From: Candidatus Omnitrophota bacterium
Lineage (GTDB): Bacteria; Omnitrophota; Omnitrophia; Omnitrophales; Aquincolibacteriaceae
Direction: 5' to 3'
Assembly (NCBI GenBank): GCA_030698625.1
Contig: JAUYMS010000042.1
Coordinates: 160,423 to 224,422, forward strand
DNA length: 64,000 nt
This document shows positions 10,257-20,056 of the stretch, piece after piece. Each line of letters starts with the position of its first letter. Position 1 is the first letter of the stretch. The notes beneath the pieces were generated by a model. That model had not been told where the DNA came from. It was given only the letters and a program-made list of their open reading frames with translations, and did not search any database. A program made the position numbers and the translations under genes.

Positions 10257-11318
10257 ATGAAGATTGAAAAGATTGCCAAATCCGGCTTTGAAGAAATACT
10301 AGTCTGCGAAGATCAAGCCTCAGGACTCCACGCTATTATTGCTGTTCATAATACCCGGCTCGGGCCCGCCTTGGGCGGTATTCGTATGCATCCCTACGCA
10401 ACTACCGCTGACGCATTACGGGATGTCACACTTCTTGCGCAAGCAATGACTTATAAGTCGGCCGCCTCTGACCTTAAACTCGGCGGCGGCAAGGCCGTGA
10501 TCCTCGGCGATCCTGCCGCCGATAAAAGTCCCGAACGACTCTATGCCATGGGAAGATTCATAAATGAATTTAAGGGGCGCTACATCGCGGCCAAAGATCT
10601 TGGGATTACGACTGAGGATCTCATTGCTGTTGCCAAGGAAACAATATACATGACGGGGCTCCCTGAAACCATGGGGGGCAGCGGCGACCCCTCGCCTTGG
10701 ACTGCCGAAGGTATCTTTGCCGGAATACGCGCCTGCTTTCAATTCAAATTGAAGCAGCTCAATCTCGCCGGAGTGACCGTCGCCATACAGGGAATCGGCC
10801 ATGTGGGACTCGCGCTAGCGCGTCGCCTGCATAGTGAAGGCGTAAAACTTATCGTCTCGGACACGAATCCCGACCTACTAAAAGAAGTCGCTGAAAAGCT
10901 GGATGCGAAAGCAGTGCCCCCCGATGAAATCTATGATATGCCCTGTGAGGTCTTCTCCCCCTGCGCCATGGGCGGCATCATTAATGATAATACGATAAAG
11001 AGGCTACAATGTTCGATCATTGCAGGCGGCGCAAACAACCAGCTCGCCGATATGGAAAAACACGATCAGCTATTACGGGACCAGGGTATTCTTTACGCCC
11101 CCGATTACATTATTAATGCCGGGGGCGTTATCAATATCTACGTTAAAGATATTCTTAAAGAGGAAGACGCGATGCCCTGGATTCGGAAGATTAGCGGCCA
11201 TCTACTTGATGTCTTCGAGAGATCGGCTCAAAGCGGCAAGGGTGTGAATTTCGAGGCCGATAAGCTGACTCAGGCGAGACTCGAGCGGGCCTCGATAAGG
11301 CGGGATTCCGATTCGTGA
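10257..11318 (+). CDS. Glu/Leu/Phe/Val dehydrogenase (leucine dehydrogenase-like)
   Basis: HNTRLGPALGGIR, MTYK, GGGK, GDPSPWTA, QGIGHVG, GGANNQL, PDYIINAGG. Confidence 0.93.
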   Translation: MKIEKIAKSGFEEILVCEDQASGLHAIIAVHNTRLGPALGGIRMHPYATTADALRDVTLLAQAMTYKSAASDLKLGGGKAVILGDPAADKSPERLYAMGRFINEFKGRYIAAKDLGITTEDLIAVAKETIYMTGLPETMGGSGDPSPWTAEGIFAGIRACFQFKLKQLNLAGVTVAIQGIGHVGLALARRLHSEGVKLIVSDTNPDLLKEVAEKLDAKAVPPDEIYDMPCEVFSPCAMGGIINDNTIKRLQCSIIAGGANNQLADMEKHDQLLRDQGILYAPDYIINAGGVINIYVKDILKEEDAMPWIRKISGHLLDVFERSAQSGKGVNFEADKLTQARLERASIRRDSDS

Positions 11319-11818
11319 CTATAGTCATCCTTTTCGCGATCGGGTCGTGACTGAATGAGAGCCGTCGAGATGGTGCCCGCAGTCACTGCCGAACCCGCAG
11401 CCGCGAAAGTCCCCGCCCCGCCCGCCGACGCGGCACCCGTTGCGACGGGCGCCGTCGCCAAACCGATAGCCCCCGCAGCTGTTCCCGCCGCCGCCAAGGA
11501 AGCCGCCAAGATATAGACCTTCTTGCGATCACTGACAGGGCCTTGGTATCCCACGTCACTCGGTCTTACATCGGGATCCAACATTCGATAGTCCGGTCTT
11601 ACGAGGGGGCCCAATTCCGGCTTTGGAATCCGGTCGAGATCAGGTTCTCGAGTGTCGACGATGGTGACATAAGGATTGCCGGTCTTCGGATGATTTCTGA
11701 CACGCACATCCGCATTAGATTCTTCGATAACCTCAGACGAATCGGCGGCATTCAGCGGCGCTGACTGCCGCCCGAGAAGCGCAAACACCATCAGAACCAC
11801 GAGATAAGTCTTCGCCAT
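11270..11818 (-). CDS. Hypothetical secreted protein with Gly/Ala-rich hydrophobic C-terminal segment
   Basis: Signal peptide; 2-nt gap to the upstream minus-strand gene. Confidence 0.65.
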   Translation of the reverse strand: MAKTYLVVLMVFALLGRQSAPLNAADSSEVIEESNADVRVRNHPKTGNPYVTIVDTREPDLDRIPKPELGPLVRPDYRMLDPDVRPSDVGYQGPVSDRKKVYILAASLAAAGTAAGAIGLATAPVATGAASAGGAGTFAAAGSAVTAGTISTALIQSRPDREKDDYSHESESRLIEARSSLA

Positions 11819-11820
11819 CT

Positions 11821-12405
11821 TTATACCCCCAAAGTATCTTGCAAATGTTGCACAATGGCTATGACGTTATTCTCGATCGCTGCATTCAAATTAACTTCAG
11901 GGCCCCCTTTTTTGGCAAAGACCTTCTGGGCATCGCTTGTGCCTCGGGCCTCGAGGCGTGCCACAAACTCCAGCTCCGAATCATAGAGTTCCACTTCAGT
12001 GAGAAGCGTGACGGCCTGCCCCTTCAAGGTCACCTGATTACCGAAGTCTTTAATGCGAATCGCCGCGACATGCGCAATGGCATAGCGCTTCATAATCGCC
12101 TGCGTGGGCTCCGCTTCCATATATAGGAACTCATCAAATGCCCGCTGAAAGGCTTCAATCAGCATGGGCGTAATGGCCTCGCCGACATGGTAAGTTTGGG
12201 GATCAGCCAAACGGCCGCCGCGTTCCTGTGAGACATAGGTCATCACTTCTTTCGGAATATAGAGCGCGATGCGGGCAGGAGCCGGCTGCACGGTCTCATA
12301 GAAATGGTTAGAGAGCAACCCGGGAGCATGGATATCCCACCCAAAAAGGGCCACACAACCTGCGAGCCCTAGGGCGGTTGTCAAAAGGATATTTCGCAAG
12401 TTCAT
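11821..12405 (-). CDS. Hypothetical lipoprotein
   Basis: Lipobox-like LAGC at residues 14-17; tight operon spacing. Confidence 0.7.
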   Translation of the reverse strand: MNLRNILLTTALGLAGCVALFGWDIHAPGLLSNHFYETVQPAPARIALYIPKEVMTYVSQERGGRLADPQTYHVGEAITPMLIEAFQRAFDEFLYMEAEPTQAIMKRYAIAHVAAIRIKDFGNQVTLKGQAVTLLTEVELYDSELEFVARLEARGTSDAQKVFAKKGGPEVNLNAAIENNVIAIVQHLQDTLGV

Positions 12406-12406
12406 T

Positions 12407-14140
12407 TTACGAAGGCCGATCCAATGTCTGCTTCAGAATCGCATTTTCCAAGGCAAGTTCTTTTCGGGCTCGAATGCGTTCCAAATGTTTTCCGATACGC
12501 TCTTCCGGGATCTTGAGATGCCGCATCACAAGCCGGCTGAGTTCGTAGCTGGCTTCCCATTCCTCCATCACCACCATATCCGCACCCAACTCATAAAGCC
12601 GCGGCATTTCTGTTTCGTACCGTGTGCGCACGGCAAGCATGACTTGAGAATTCAGTTGTTGAATAACGCGGATCACCTGCACCATACCTATGATATCCGG
12701 AAAACTCACAACCACTGCACGGGCCCGCTCTATCCCCGCTCGCTTCATGACCTCACGATTCGCCGCGTCACCGTATATAACCGATATGCGTTTCTTCCTG
12801 GCCTCCTGGACCTTGCTATGATTGAGCTCCACCAGAACGAAGGGGATGTTTTCTTCGAGGAAAGTCAGCGCCAGATCCTGCCCCGAAGGACCGAAACCGC
12901 AAAGGATCACATGGTCATTTACGGCCGGCAGGGCCGAAGGTGGGATTTTCCAATCCGCCGGAGGAGTTCCGAAGAAACCGATCCTTTCCGAAAGCGATAA
13001 GACCAGCGGAACTAACTTGAAAAGCACCGGCGTCATAAGCATGGTCAGAAAGGCCGTCGACAGGAGTACATGATACAGATAGAGGTCAATGCCCCCCGAG
13101 GCCCTGCCTGCCTCCAACAGAAGAAGCGAAAATTCACCGATTTGCGACAGCAAAATTCCCGCCGCAAGTGCGACTCGCGGGGCCATGCCGAAACACGTGA
13201 TGAGCACCGTCATGAGGACAAAGTTAACGAGCAAAACCAACCCGACCGTAACGGATACGACAAACGCGTTTTCCAACGCAAAATGGATATCAAACAGCAG
13301 GCCGATTGAAACAAAAAAGACACTCACGAAGATATAACGAAAGGGTGTTATGTCACCGATGAGAGAACTCCTGAAATCTGTGTTCGCAAACATGAAACCC
13401 GCGAAAAAAGCCCCGATCGCCAAGGACAGACCCAAAAATTCGCTCAACCAGGCCGTTCCGAGGCATACCACGACCGCGGTCAAAAAAACAATTTCCCGGT
13501 TACGCGTCACCGCCAAACGGTGCATCATACGCGGCAGTAAAAACCGTGAGAACAGCACAACGGCCGCCAGTAAGATCAGCGTCTTCACAAGTGCCATACC
13601 TAAAGTAATCGCAAGTGACGATGGCTGGCCCAGGCCGGTTGTAAAAATCAGTAGCGGCACTACCGCGATATCCTGAAAGAGAAGAATCGCCACAGCAATA
13701 CGACCGTATTGCGTATCAAGTTCACCGCGATCAATGAGGAATTTCAGGACGATGGCCGTAGAACTCAGAGCGATTACCGAGCCGAAAAAAAATCCGTCAT
13801 ACAGCGGACGGTCCCGCCACCACGCAAAGGCAAAACCGACTAAAATCGACAATAAGATCTGCAGCGTGCCCCCGAAAACCGCTAAATTCTTTAAGCCACG
13901 CATACGGTCCATCGAAAATTCCAGGCCGATCGTGAGCATGAGCAACATTACGCCGAGTTCCGCCATTTGGTGAATACGCCCTGAATCCGTCAAGATCCCA
14001 AATCCATGGGGCCCGACAATAACACCGGCAATAAGAAATCCAAGGATACTGGGGAGGCGCAGGCGCTCGAAGGTAACAGCGACAATGGTTGCCGTGATCA
14101 AAACGAGAATAAATTCTGTCAGAAATCCGGGAGTCCCCAT
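12407..14140 (-). CDS. CPA2/Kef-type cation:proton antiporter with TrkA-N (RCK) domain
   Basis: Many TM helices, ALSST, FQD, SQIGEF, C-terminal GFGPSG and YGDA. Start moved to ATG 14140 (MGTPGF). Confidence 0.92.
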   Translation of the reverse strand: MGTPGFLTEFILVLITATIVAVTFERLRLPSILGFLIAGVIVGPHGFGILTDSGRIHQMAELGVMLLMLTIGLEFSMDRMRGLKNLAVFGGTLQILLSILVGFAFAWWRDRPLYDGFFFGSVIALSSTAIVLKFLIDRGELDTQYGRIAVAILLFQDIAVVPLLIFTTGLGQPSSLAITLGMALVKTLILLAAVVLFSRFLLPRMMHRLAVTRNREIVFLTAVVVCLGTAWLSEFLGLSLAIGAFFAGFMFANTDFRSSLIGDITPFRYIFVSVFFVSIGLLFDIHFALENAFVVSVTVGLVLLVNFVLMTVLITCFGMAPRVALAAGILLSQIGEFSLLLLEAGRASGGIDLYLYHVLLSTAFLTMLMTPVLFKLVPLVLSLSERIGFFGTPPADWKIPPSALPAVNDHVILCGFGPSGQDLALTFLEENIPFVLVELNHSKVQEARKKRISVIYGDAANREVMKRAGIERARAVVVSFPDIIGMVQVIRVIQQLNSQVMLAVRTRYETEMPRLYELGADMVVMEEWEASYELSRLVMRHLKIPEERIGKHLERIRARKELALENAILKQTLDRPS

Positions 14141-14144
14141 AGGC

Positions 14145-14891
14145 CTAAGGCAGGTACCCCCCCGTCGCCTGAACGGGTGTCGGGTCGTTTCCTTTTGTGA
14201 CCCACGTTGCCACCGCGTAGCGCTTTGATTCGACATCGGACGGAGCCTTAAGTGTTACGGTAGCCGCCAATTTATCCGCGTGAGGCTTCATAATACCGGA
14301 TTCATAACTGAGGACAACAAACTGATGATTCAAATTTCGCCCTCGGTTCTCCCCCGCCCGAACATCAGAACTTAAATCAAATCCGAGAAGCGCGCCGTAA
14401 GCGCGCCACTCTTTGCCCTGCTCTGCAGGAGTAAACGCAACCTCATATCGGCCTTCATCCTCCGCCTTCACTGCGAGCACACCGACTTCCTTATTATCTG
14501 ATTTCGGCACAGTCTTAGATCGGAACCAGCGGGGCCAGGGCCTGCCCGCCACGGCAAAACAAGGAGTGTAAATAGAAGGCTCTTGCCAAAGGCGCGCATA
14601 GACACGCTGGCGCTCCGTAAACGCAGGAGATGCGAAACGGTCTTTCCATCCCAGGTAATCCCAATAACCCACGTGAAACACCACGGGAACATAAGAACTC
14701 CAAAGATCCGGGGCTTCGGTTAAACCACTCACCCATTGGTCCGCGCGAGGACAACTGCTGCAGCCTTCGGAGGTGTAGAGTTCCAATAAATTTGTTCGAC
14801 GCGCACCACTCGTGAAGGTCTCTGCATAAATCGACGGCAAAACAAGGAGGAGGGCCAAGGGTAGAAGCCATGGCGTGCGCCGCAAAACCAT
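14145..14891 (-). CDS. DUF1223 family secreted thioredoxin-like protein
   Basis: ELYTSEGCSSCP, HVGYWDYLGWKD, YTP, GENRGR. Confidence 0.9.
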   Translation of the reverse strand: MVLRRTPWLLPLALLLVLPSIYAETFTSGARRTNLLELYTSEGCSSCPRADQWVSGLTEAPDLWSSYVPVVFHVGYWDYLGWKDRFASPAFTERQRVYARLWQEPSIYTPCFAVAGRPWPRWFRSKTVPKSDNKEVGVLAVKAEDEGRYEVAFTPAEQGKEWRAYGALLGFDLSSDVRAGENRGRNLNHQFVVLSYESGIMKPHADKLAATVTLKAPSDVESKRYAVATWVTKGNDPTPVQATGGYLP

Positions 14892-14895
14892 GGTA

Positions 14896-15468
14896 TCAAT
14901 CAGATGAAATAGTCACTTTTTTCATGGCGATGGTCTCCAGAGGCTTATCATTTGCAGCATGCGCCCGGGCAATCTTTTTTACGACATCCATGCCTTCCGT
15001 CACCTGCCCAAAAACAGAATGCCGGTTATCGAGCCAGGGCGTGGGAGCATCTGTAATAAAAAACTGGCTCCCGTTCGTATTGGGTCCTGAATTTGCCATG
15101 GATAATATGCCCGGCTTGTCGTGTCGCAAAGCCGATGAGAATTCATCATCGAACTTGTAGCCGGGGCCTCCCATTCCCGTCCCTGTAGGATCTCCGGTCT
15201 GAATCATGAAACCCGGTATGACCCGGTGAAATAGGATGCCGTCATAAAAACCCTTGTTCACCAGTTTGACGAAATTGTCCACAGTCTTCGGCGCTTCCTC
15301 GGCAAAGAGCTCCGCATAAATGTCTCCTACAGATGTCTCAATCTTAACTTTCACGATATTCTCATCCCCCCGTCTCGATGTTAATGTCCCCACGCCTGGT
15401 GTAGCGCCCACACGAGCTACACATCCCGCTGCGATGACGCATAAAATCAATAATAGCCACATTCTCAC
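14896..15468 (-). CDS. Cyclophilin-type peptidyl-prolyl cis-trans isomerase
   Basis: [37 protein letters not shown]; possible lipobox AAGC. Confidence 0.95.
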   Translation of the reverse strand: MRMWLLLILCVIAAGCVARVGATPGVGTLTSRRGDENIVKVKIETSVGDIYAELFAEEAPKTVDNFVKLVNKGFYDGILFHRVIPGFMIQTGDPTGTGMGGPGYKFDDEFSSALRHDKPGILSMANSGPNTNGSQFFITDAPTPWLDNRHSVFGQVTEGMDVVKKIARAHAANDKPLETIAMKKVTISSD

Positions 15469-15521
15469 GGGTTTATTTTATCACTAAACGTAGTCATGGC
15501 GATAGAAGGAAAGGGAATGAA

Positions 15522-15884
15522 TTAACGAACCCGCTGTTTGATTTCATGGATACGCCGCATGCAGAGATCCATCGCCTGCCGGGCATTCGTTGCATCTTCA
15601 GGTCGGGAATACTGCGGGCCCAGATTCTCGTATACACCCGCCGCCTTTTCAAAAAGTTTTCCGGCACGCGCATAAAGCGCAACTGCGGACTCGGCTCTCG
15701 CGCGGGTCATATTACCCTGCAACAGCTGCTCGGCCTGGGTCAAGATCGTCGTTGCGGCCAGAGCGTCGGCATTGGCCTGCTGGCGATAGACTTCCGGATC
15801 CTGCGTCTGCCCCAACGGCGCGCTGAGTAAAAGCAGAGGCATGGAAAAACTAACCAGTATAAAAATGCTTTTTTTGTTATTCAT
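15522..15884 (-). CDS. Hypothetical secreted helical protein
   Basis: Signal peptide; helical Ala/Gln-rich body; operon context. Confidence 0.65.
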   Translation of the reverse strand: MNNKKSIFILVSFSMPLLLLSAPLGQTQDPEVYRQQANADALAATTILTQAEQLLQGNMTRARAESAVALYARAGKLFEKAAGVYENLGPQYSRPEDATNARQAMDLCMRRIHEIKQRVR

Positions 15885-15909
15885 CGATTGACCCCGTCAC
15901 CGGCGCACA

Positions 15910-16302
15910 TTAGTCCCCCGCTGAGGAATCGCCTATCTCGGTAAAACAGCGGTCGATTTCGTGGAGGAAATCCTGGGAATTGAAAGGCTTCGTGATATAG
16001 CGGTGCGCAAGATGCTCCATGCCCTTCTGAACGTTATCGCTTTGGTTAAGCGCTGTCAGCATAATAACGGGAATGTGCATGGTGTGCTTATCCTTTTTGA
16101 GATGCTCCAGAACCTGAAATCCGTCAAGTTCCGGCATCATCACATCAAGCACTATCACATCGGGATTAAATTTCTTAACCTTATGGAGCGCGTCTTTGCC
16201 GTCGACAGCCATTTCCACATCATAGCCGGCGTGTTCCAGGCGTTCCTTAATCACAATGCGCAGTTTCTCTTCATCGTCGGCGACGAGAATTTTCCTAGCC
16301 AT
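15910..16302 (-). CDS. Single-domain response regulator
   Basis: ILVADDE, LDVMMP, LTA, KPF. Confidence 0.93.
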   Translation of the reverse strand: MARKILVADDEEKLRIVIKERLEHAGYDVEMAVDGKDALHKVKKFNPDVIVLDVMMPELDGFQVLEHLKKDKHTMHIPVIMLTALNQSDNVQKGMEHLAHRYITKPFNSQDFLHEIDRCFTEIGDSSAGD

Positions 16303-16523
16303 TAGAGGGACACCGTTTTTTGCAATGTTTTGAGAGCGGGTAACATTTCTATAATTGTACCACGTTCGTGTTTTGCCGGCTCTCGGGTCACATGGATCTC
16401 AATATGATGGGCGAGGTTTTCGTGACATTCTTCGTGCCCGCCGTGTGCCCAGGCCGTAAAACCGGGAAGCGCACCGAGAACCGTCACGAATAAAAAAACC
16501 CGCGCACGCGAGCGAAACGTCAT
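16302..16523 (-). CDS. Small hypothetical secreted His-rich protein
   Basis: Signal peptide ending AWA then HGGHEECHENLAHH; GCGGAGG upstream; TAATG coupling to the next gene. Confidence 0.45.
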   Translation of the reverse strand: MTFRSRARVFLFVTVLGALPGFTAWAHGGHEECHENLAHHIEIHVTREPAKHERGTIIEMLPALKTLQKTVSL

Positions 16524-16538
16524 TAACGCGCCTCCGCT

Positions 16539-16908
16539 TTAATCACTAAAAAAGATAGAAAGAAATTCCTTGAGCATGTTCCCGCCGGACTCAGCAGATT
16601 CCACGACCCCGTCTATCATGCCTTTTAACTGATCCCCCGGCGCCCGCCACAACGCAAAAAGACGGTATTTCCACTGCCCTCGCTTCGACTCCTCTTCACG
16701 ACCCCCAAACCTCATACTCGTAGGTATGCGCTATATTCTTAGGCCCCTTAACGACAACACCCTCTAAAGGGGCCGCGACGACCCGCACAAGGCTTCGCCC
16801 CATATTATAAAGATGGTGGCGGGCAGACAAGGCATAGGCCGATGAGCTTTGAAGCATGAGGAGACAAAAACCGATCCGGGTAATCGTAACGTTGCGCATA
16901 GGCCTCAT
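16539..16908 (-). pseudogene. Hypothetical secreted protein split by a one-base frameshift in a G5 run
   Basis: The track ORF stops at 16696. Removing one G at 16702-16706 continues as VWGREEESKRGQWKYRLFALWRAPGDQLKGMIDGVVESAESGGNMLKEFLSIFFSD* to TAA 16539, filling the gap to the next RBS. Confidence 0.7.
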
Positions 16909-17462
16909 CGGCGTTCTTGAGCCTTTTCAACGAAGATCTTCTTGTCCTTAAGCTGGTGGATGAACTTTTTCAGTTCGGCATCACCGCGGTACGGCCAAAA
17001 CCCGAAACGCTTGGCTTCATGATAACCTTCTTTAGGCCCCCAGCCCTGGACCGCGACTCGATACACTGCAACCAAAGTACCGGTTTTATCCTTACCGCTT
17101 TCGCAATGAAGAAAAACCGGCTGTGCTCCACGATTCAACACAGTTTCCAAAAATTGAATAACGGTACTGTCTGCCGGCCTTTCGTACAGGCTCATAGGCA
17201 AGGAAGAAAAGTGCATTCCCAAGCCCTCGACGATGCCCCGCTCCTCGGCAACTCTTGCCGCATCTTCTTCGAGACTGATGACCGTCTTTACACCAAGCTT
17301 CGTGAGCTCGCTCCACTCGTCTTCCATCGGCCGCGGACCTCGATAGAACCCCTCATCGACAAGATAAAAGCCCGAAGCCCCTGACAAAAGCGGCTTATGC
17401 GCACACCCGGCGAGCCCCGTCAAGAGCGCACCCGCAAACACCCATCGAAGAAACTTAGACAT
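16905..17462 (-). CDS. Dual-specificity/tyrosine phosphatase-family lipoprotein
   Basis: Lipobox LAGC; YRGPRP; GVKTVISL; PVFLHCESGKDKTG (CX5K instead of CX5R). Confidence 0.85.
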   Translation of the reverse strand: MSKFLRWVFAGALLTGLAGCAHKPLLSGASGFYLVDEGFYRGPRPMEDEWSELTKLGVKTVISLEEDAARVAEERGIVEGLGMHFSSLPMSLYERPADSTVIQFLETVLNRGAQPVFLHCESGKDKTGTLVAVYRVAVQGWGPKEGYHEAKRFGFWPYRGDAELKKFIHQLKDKKIFVEKAQERR

Positions 17463-17467
17463 GGAAA

Positions 17468-18103
17468 TCAGGCATTATTATTGCGATAAATACCAACGGC
17501 AAAAATGGCCAGCGTCGCAACAAGTAAAACAAACAAGCCTGCATCCGGTTGAATGGCGGCTTCCTGAACAAAGTTCCTTGTCACAAAACCAAGAACCCCT
17601 TCGCCTGCCCTCTCAACAGCTGCATCAAAACCCTTCACCGCAGCCTGCCCCAAATAATAAACCCCGAACATCGAGTAAGCCGCGCCGATAAGTCCGATCA
17701 GAGAGGTGTAGACCAGCGGACTGCCCCTGCCGAAAGCCGCCAAGAAAAGGCCTCCGATCAAGGAGAGGTAGGTAACGATTAGCGCGACCGGAATCAAGGC
17801 GCCCAAAATAAAGGTTGGGGATAACCGCGTGAGCTCATTGGACTTCTTATCCCGCGGCAAGACCTTCTCCAGTAAGTCCGTAAAATCGTAATCAACCTTG
17901 AAGGATTTTTTTTTGCCGCCGCCGAAGATTTTTTGGGGAAGGGGTTCGAGGATCTGCTGAAGGCTCCAGCTCTTTGTCCCAAGCGGCGCCAGTTTCACCT
18001 GCAGAAGCGGCATAAAGTAGGTGCCGAGCCCCAGAAATAGAAGGATATAGATCGTGACCGTCGTAGTCTTCAGGGTCTGTTGTTTCGTTTTTCGTACCAT
18101 CAC
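17468..18103 (-). CDS. Hypothetical membrane protein
   Basis: About four hydrophobic segments; operonic overlap. Confidence 0.7.
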   Translation of the reverse strand: MMVRKTKQQTLKTTTVTIYILLFLGLGTYFMPLLQVKLAPLGTKSWSLQQILEPLPQKIFGGGKKKSFKVDYDFTDLLEKVLPRDKKSNELTRLSPTFILGALIPVALIVTYLSLIGGLFLAAFGRGSPLVYTSLIGLIGAAYSMFGVYYLGQAAVKGFDAAVERAGEGVLGFVTRNFVQEAAIQPDAGLFVLLVATLAIFAVGIYRNNNA

Positions 18104-18468
18104 TTGGCTAGCAAGTCCTCGATCGCTTTGAGGAGTTCTTGGATATCAAAGGGCTTCTGAAAAACACGATTAGCTCCCAGCTTCCGCGCCAAGTCTAGAT
18201 AATCCACAGGGATGAGTTTGGCTCCGCCCGACATTGCGATAATGCGGAGGTTGGGAGCCTCCTTCCTCAGGATGCGAATGGTCTCAACACCCTCCTGCTC
18301 AGGCATGAGAAGATCCGTAATAACGAGATCTGCCGCCTTTTCCCGGAACCGATCTACACCTTGTTTTCCGTCGGCGGCCAGAGTTACCTCATAGCCACTT
18401 TCAGTCAGAAAGGTTCCGAGTATCTCGCGAATATCCGTATTATCATCAATCACAATAATGTGCGCCAC
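18100..18468 (-). CDS. Single-domain response regulator
   Basis: IIVIDDN, TDLLMP, MSG, KPF; GAGGAG before GTG. Confidence 0.93.
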   Translation of the reverse strand: MAHIIVIDDNTDIREILGTFLTESGYEVTLAADGKQGVDRFREKAADLVITDLLMPEQEGVETIRILRKEAPNLRIIAMSGGAKLIPVDYLDLARKLGANRVFQKPFDIQELLKAIEDLLAK

Positions 18469-18486
18469 AGCTAACTCCTCTTGTTA

Positions 18487-18888
18487 TTACTCGGAATAAT
18501 GAACCGCCAGTGTTCTTTCAACATCGGCAAGAAGTTGGTCAATCTCAAAAGGTTTTGGGATATATCGCTCTGCCATGAGTTCCATAGCCCTGCTGACATC
18601 CTCGGGTTTCTGAGCCCCGGTCATCATAATAACCGGGATATGCTTTAAGGTCTCGTCTGACTTTATCGCCTGCAATGCCTCAAGCCCGTCCATTTCCGGC
18701 ATGGTTACATCCATGAGTATGAGGTGCGGCTTGATCGCCCGAGCCTTGTCGACGGCGTCTTTGCCGTTTATCGCCCCGACAGCTTCATAACCGCTCTCTT
18801 TTAAAACCTCAATAACGACGTCGCGAATCTCCTGTTGGTCGTCGGCGACAAGAATCTTTTTGCCCTGATGCGGGTTTCCTTCTGCCAT
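18487..18888 (-). CDS. Single-domain response regulator
   Basis: ILVADDQ, MDVTMP, MTG, KPF. Confidence 0.93.
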   Translation of the reverse strand: MAEGNPHQGKKILVADDQQEIRDVVIEVLKESGYEAVGAINGKDAVDKARAIKPHLILMDVTMPEMDGLEALQAIKSDETLKHIPVIMMTGAQKPEDVSRAMELMAERYIPKPFEIDQLLADVERTLAVHYSE

Positions 18889-18890
18889 GA

Positions 18891-19784
18891 CTAATAGACC
18901 TCTATCTTCAAACGTTTTTCGGACTTCATTTTTTTGACTAATGACCCCTCAACACCCGCCTCGGCGCCCATTTTATCGAGAACGGGGAGGATCCCCGCCT
19001 CCATCCCTTTTAGACCGCATATAAAAATCATGCTCCGCGGGTTCGTGAGTACCGGCTTAAGATCATCAGCTTGAAGCGCCATCTTGACCTGAACATACAT
19101 TCTGTCGTCCCGCGTCGGAACCTCATCGGGAACAGGATTGATCTCTTCCCGGCTTACGGCCCTATGGTAATGAAAATTTTTATGTTTTCGATAAGATTCG
19201 AACTCTTCATTATAAAAGCCCGTATCTCCATACTTCACGCCGAAAAAAAGCCACACCTGTCCTTTGTACCCGTTAGCAAAGAGCTGCTTCAACATGCCGC
19301 GATACGGTGCAATCCCCGTACCTGTTGCCACAAGCACAAGATCACGGCCTACAGCATCCGGCGGGAGAACGAAATTACGCCCAACGGGGCCGGTTAGGTT
19401 GACTTTATGCCCTGGCTCGAGATCGCATAGATAATTGCTGGCGACACCCGGAGTCTGAACCTGCCCCGGCGTATCACGGCGGAAATGACGCACCACACAG
19501 AGCGAGAGGGTCTGCTGATCTCCGTCGTCACCGGGGCTATCTGAAGCAACGGAATACAAACGCAACTTGTGGGGCTTTCCCGTGGCGGGGTCCGTACCTT
19601 CGGCAAGCACCCCCACACTCTGGCCCGGGGCATAAGGAAATTTCTCTGAATATCGAAAGGTCATGTGCCTCACGTCGAATTCCGCTCCCCGGCTTTCCGC
19701 TGTCAGACGGATATTGCTCAGGGTTTCCGCGCTGAGAGGGGCTTGTAAGGTGAATAAATTTAGGGCTATTTCCTGGGGCATCAA
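18891..19784 (-). CDS. Ferredoxin--NADP+ reductase (plant/plastidic type)
   Basis: GQSVG, RLYSVAS, GVASNYLCD, GPVG, ATGTGIAPYR, MYVQ, CGLKGM, C-terminal EVY. Confidence 0.92.
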   Translation of the reverse strand: MMPQEIALNLFTLQAPLSAETLSNIRLTAESRGAEFDVRHMTFRYSEKFPYAPGQSVGVLAEGTDPATGKPHKLRLYSVASDSPGDDGDQQTLSLCVVRHFRRDTPGQVQTPGVASNYLCDLEPGHKVNLTGPVGRNFVLPPDAVGRDLVLVATGTGIAPYRGMLKQLFANGYKGQVWLFFGVKYGDTGFYNEEFESYRKHKNFHYHRAVSREEINPVPDEVPTRDDRMYVQVKMALQADDLKPVLTNPRSMIFICGLKGMEAGILPVLDKMGAEAGVEGSLVKKMKSEKRLKIEVY

Positions 19785-20056
19785 GATTCTAGGAGTATAC
19801 TACCTCTATTGACAGCCCGGCAACGCCCTTTTTACGGGGCATTGACTGCATTTTAACGTTCACAAAGCGATAGAAGCGACCGAAAACAACAAAGAGTGGG
19901 AATTTCCTTCGCCCCTTTATTAAGTCGCTTCCCTCTCAAATAATAATTGTTGTCGGAATATACCGATGTCGTATAATGAACGCGTTTGCAACATTTCTCT
20001 TGCCGCTCTATTCTTTTAACTGAGGAACTTGTAAAGCCAGCGGAAAACGCCAGTAC

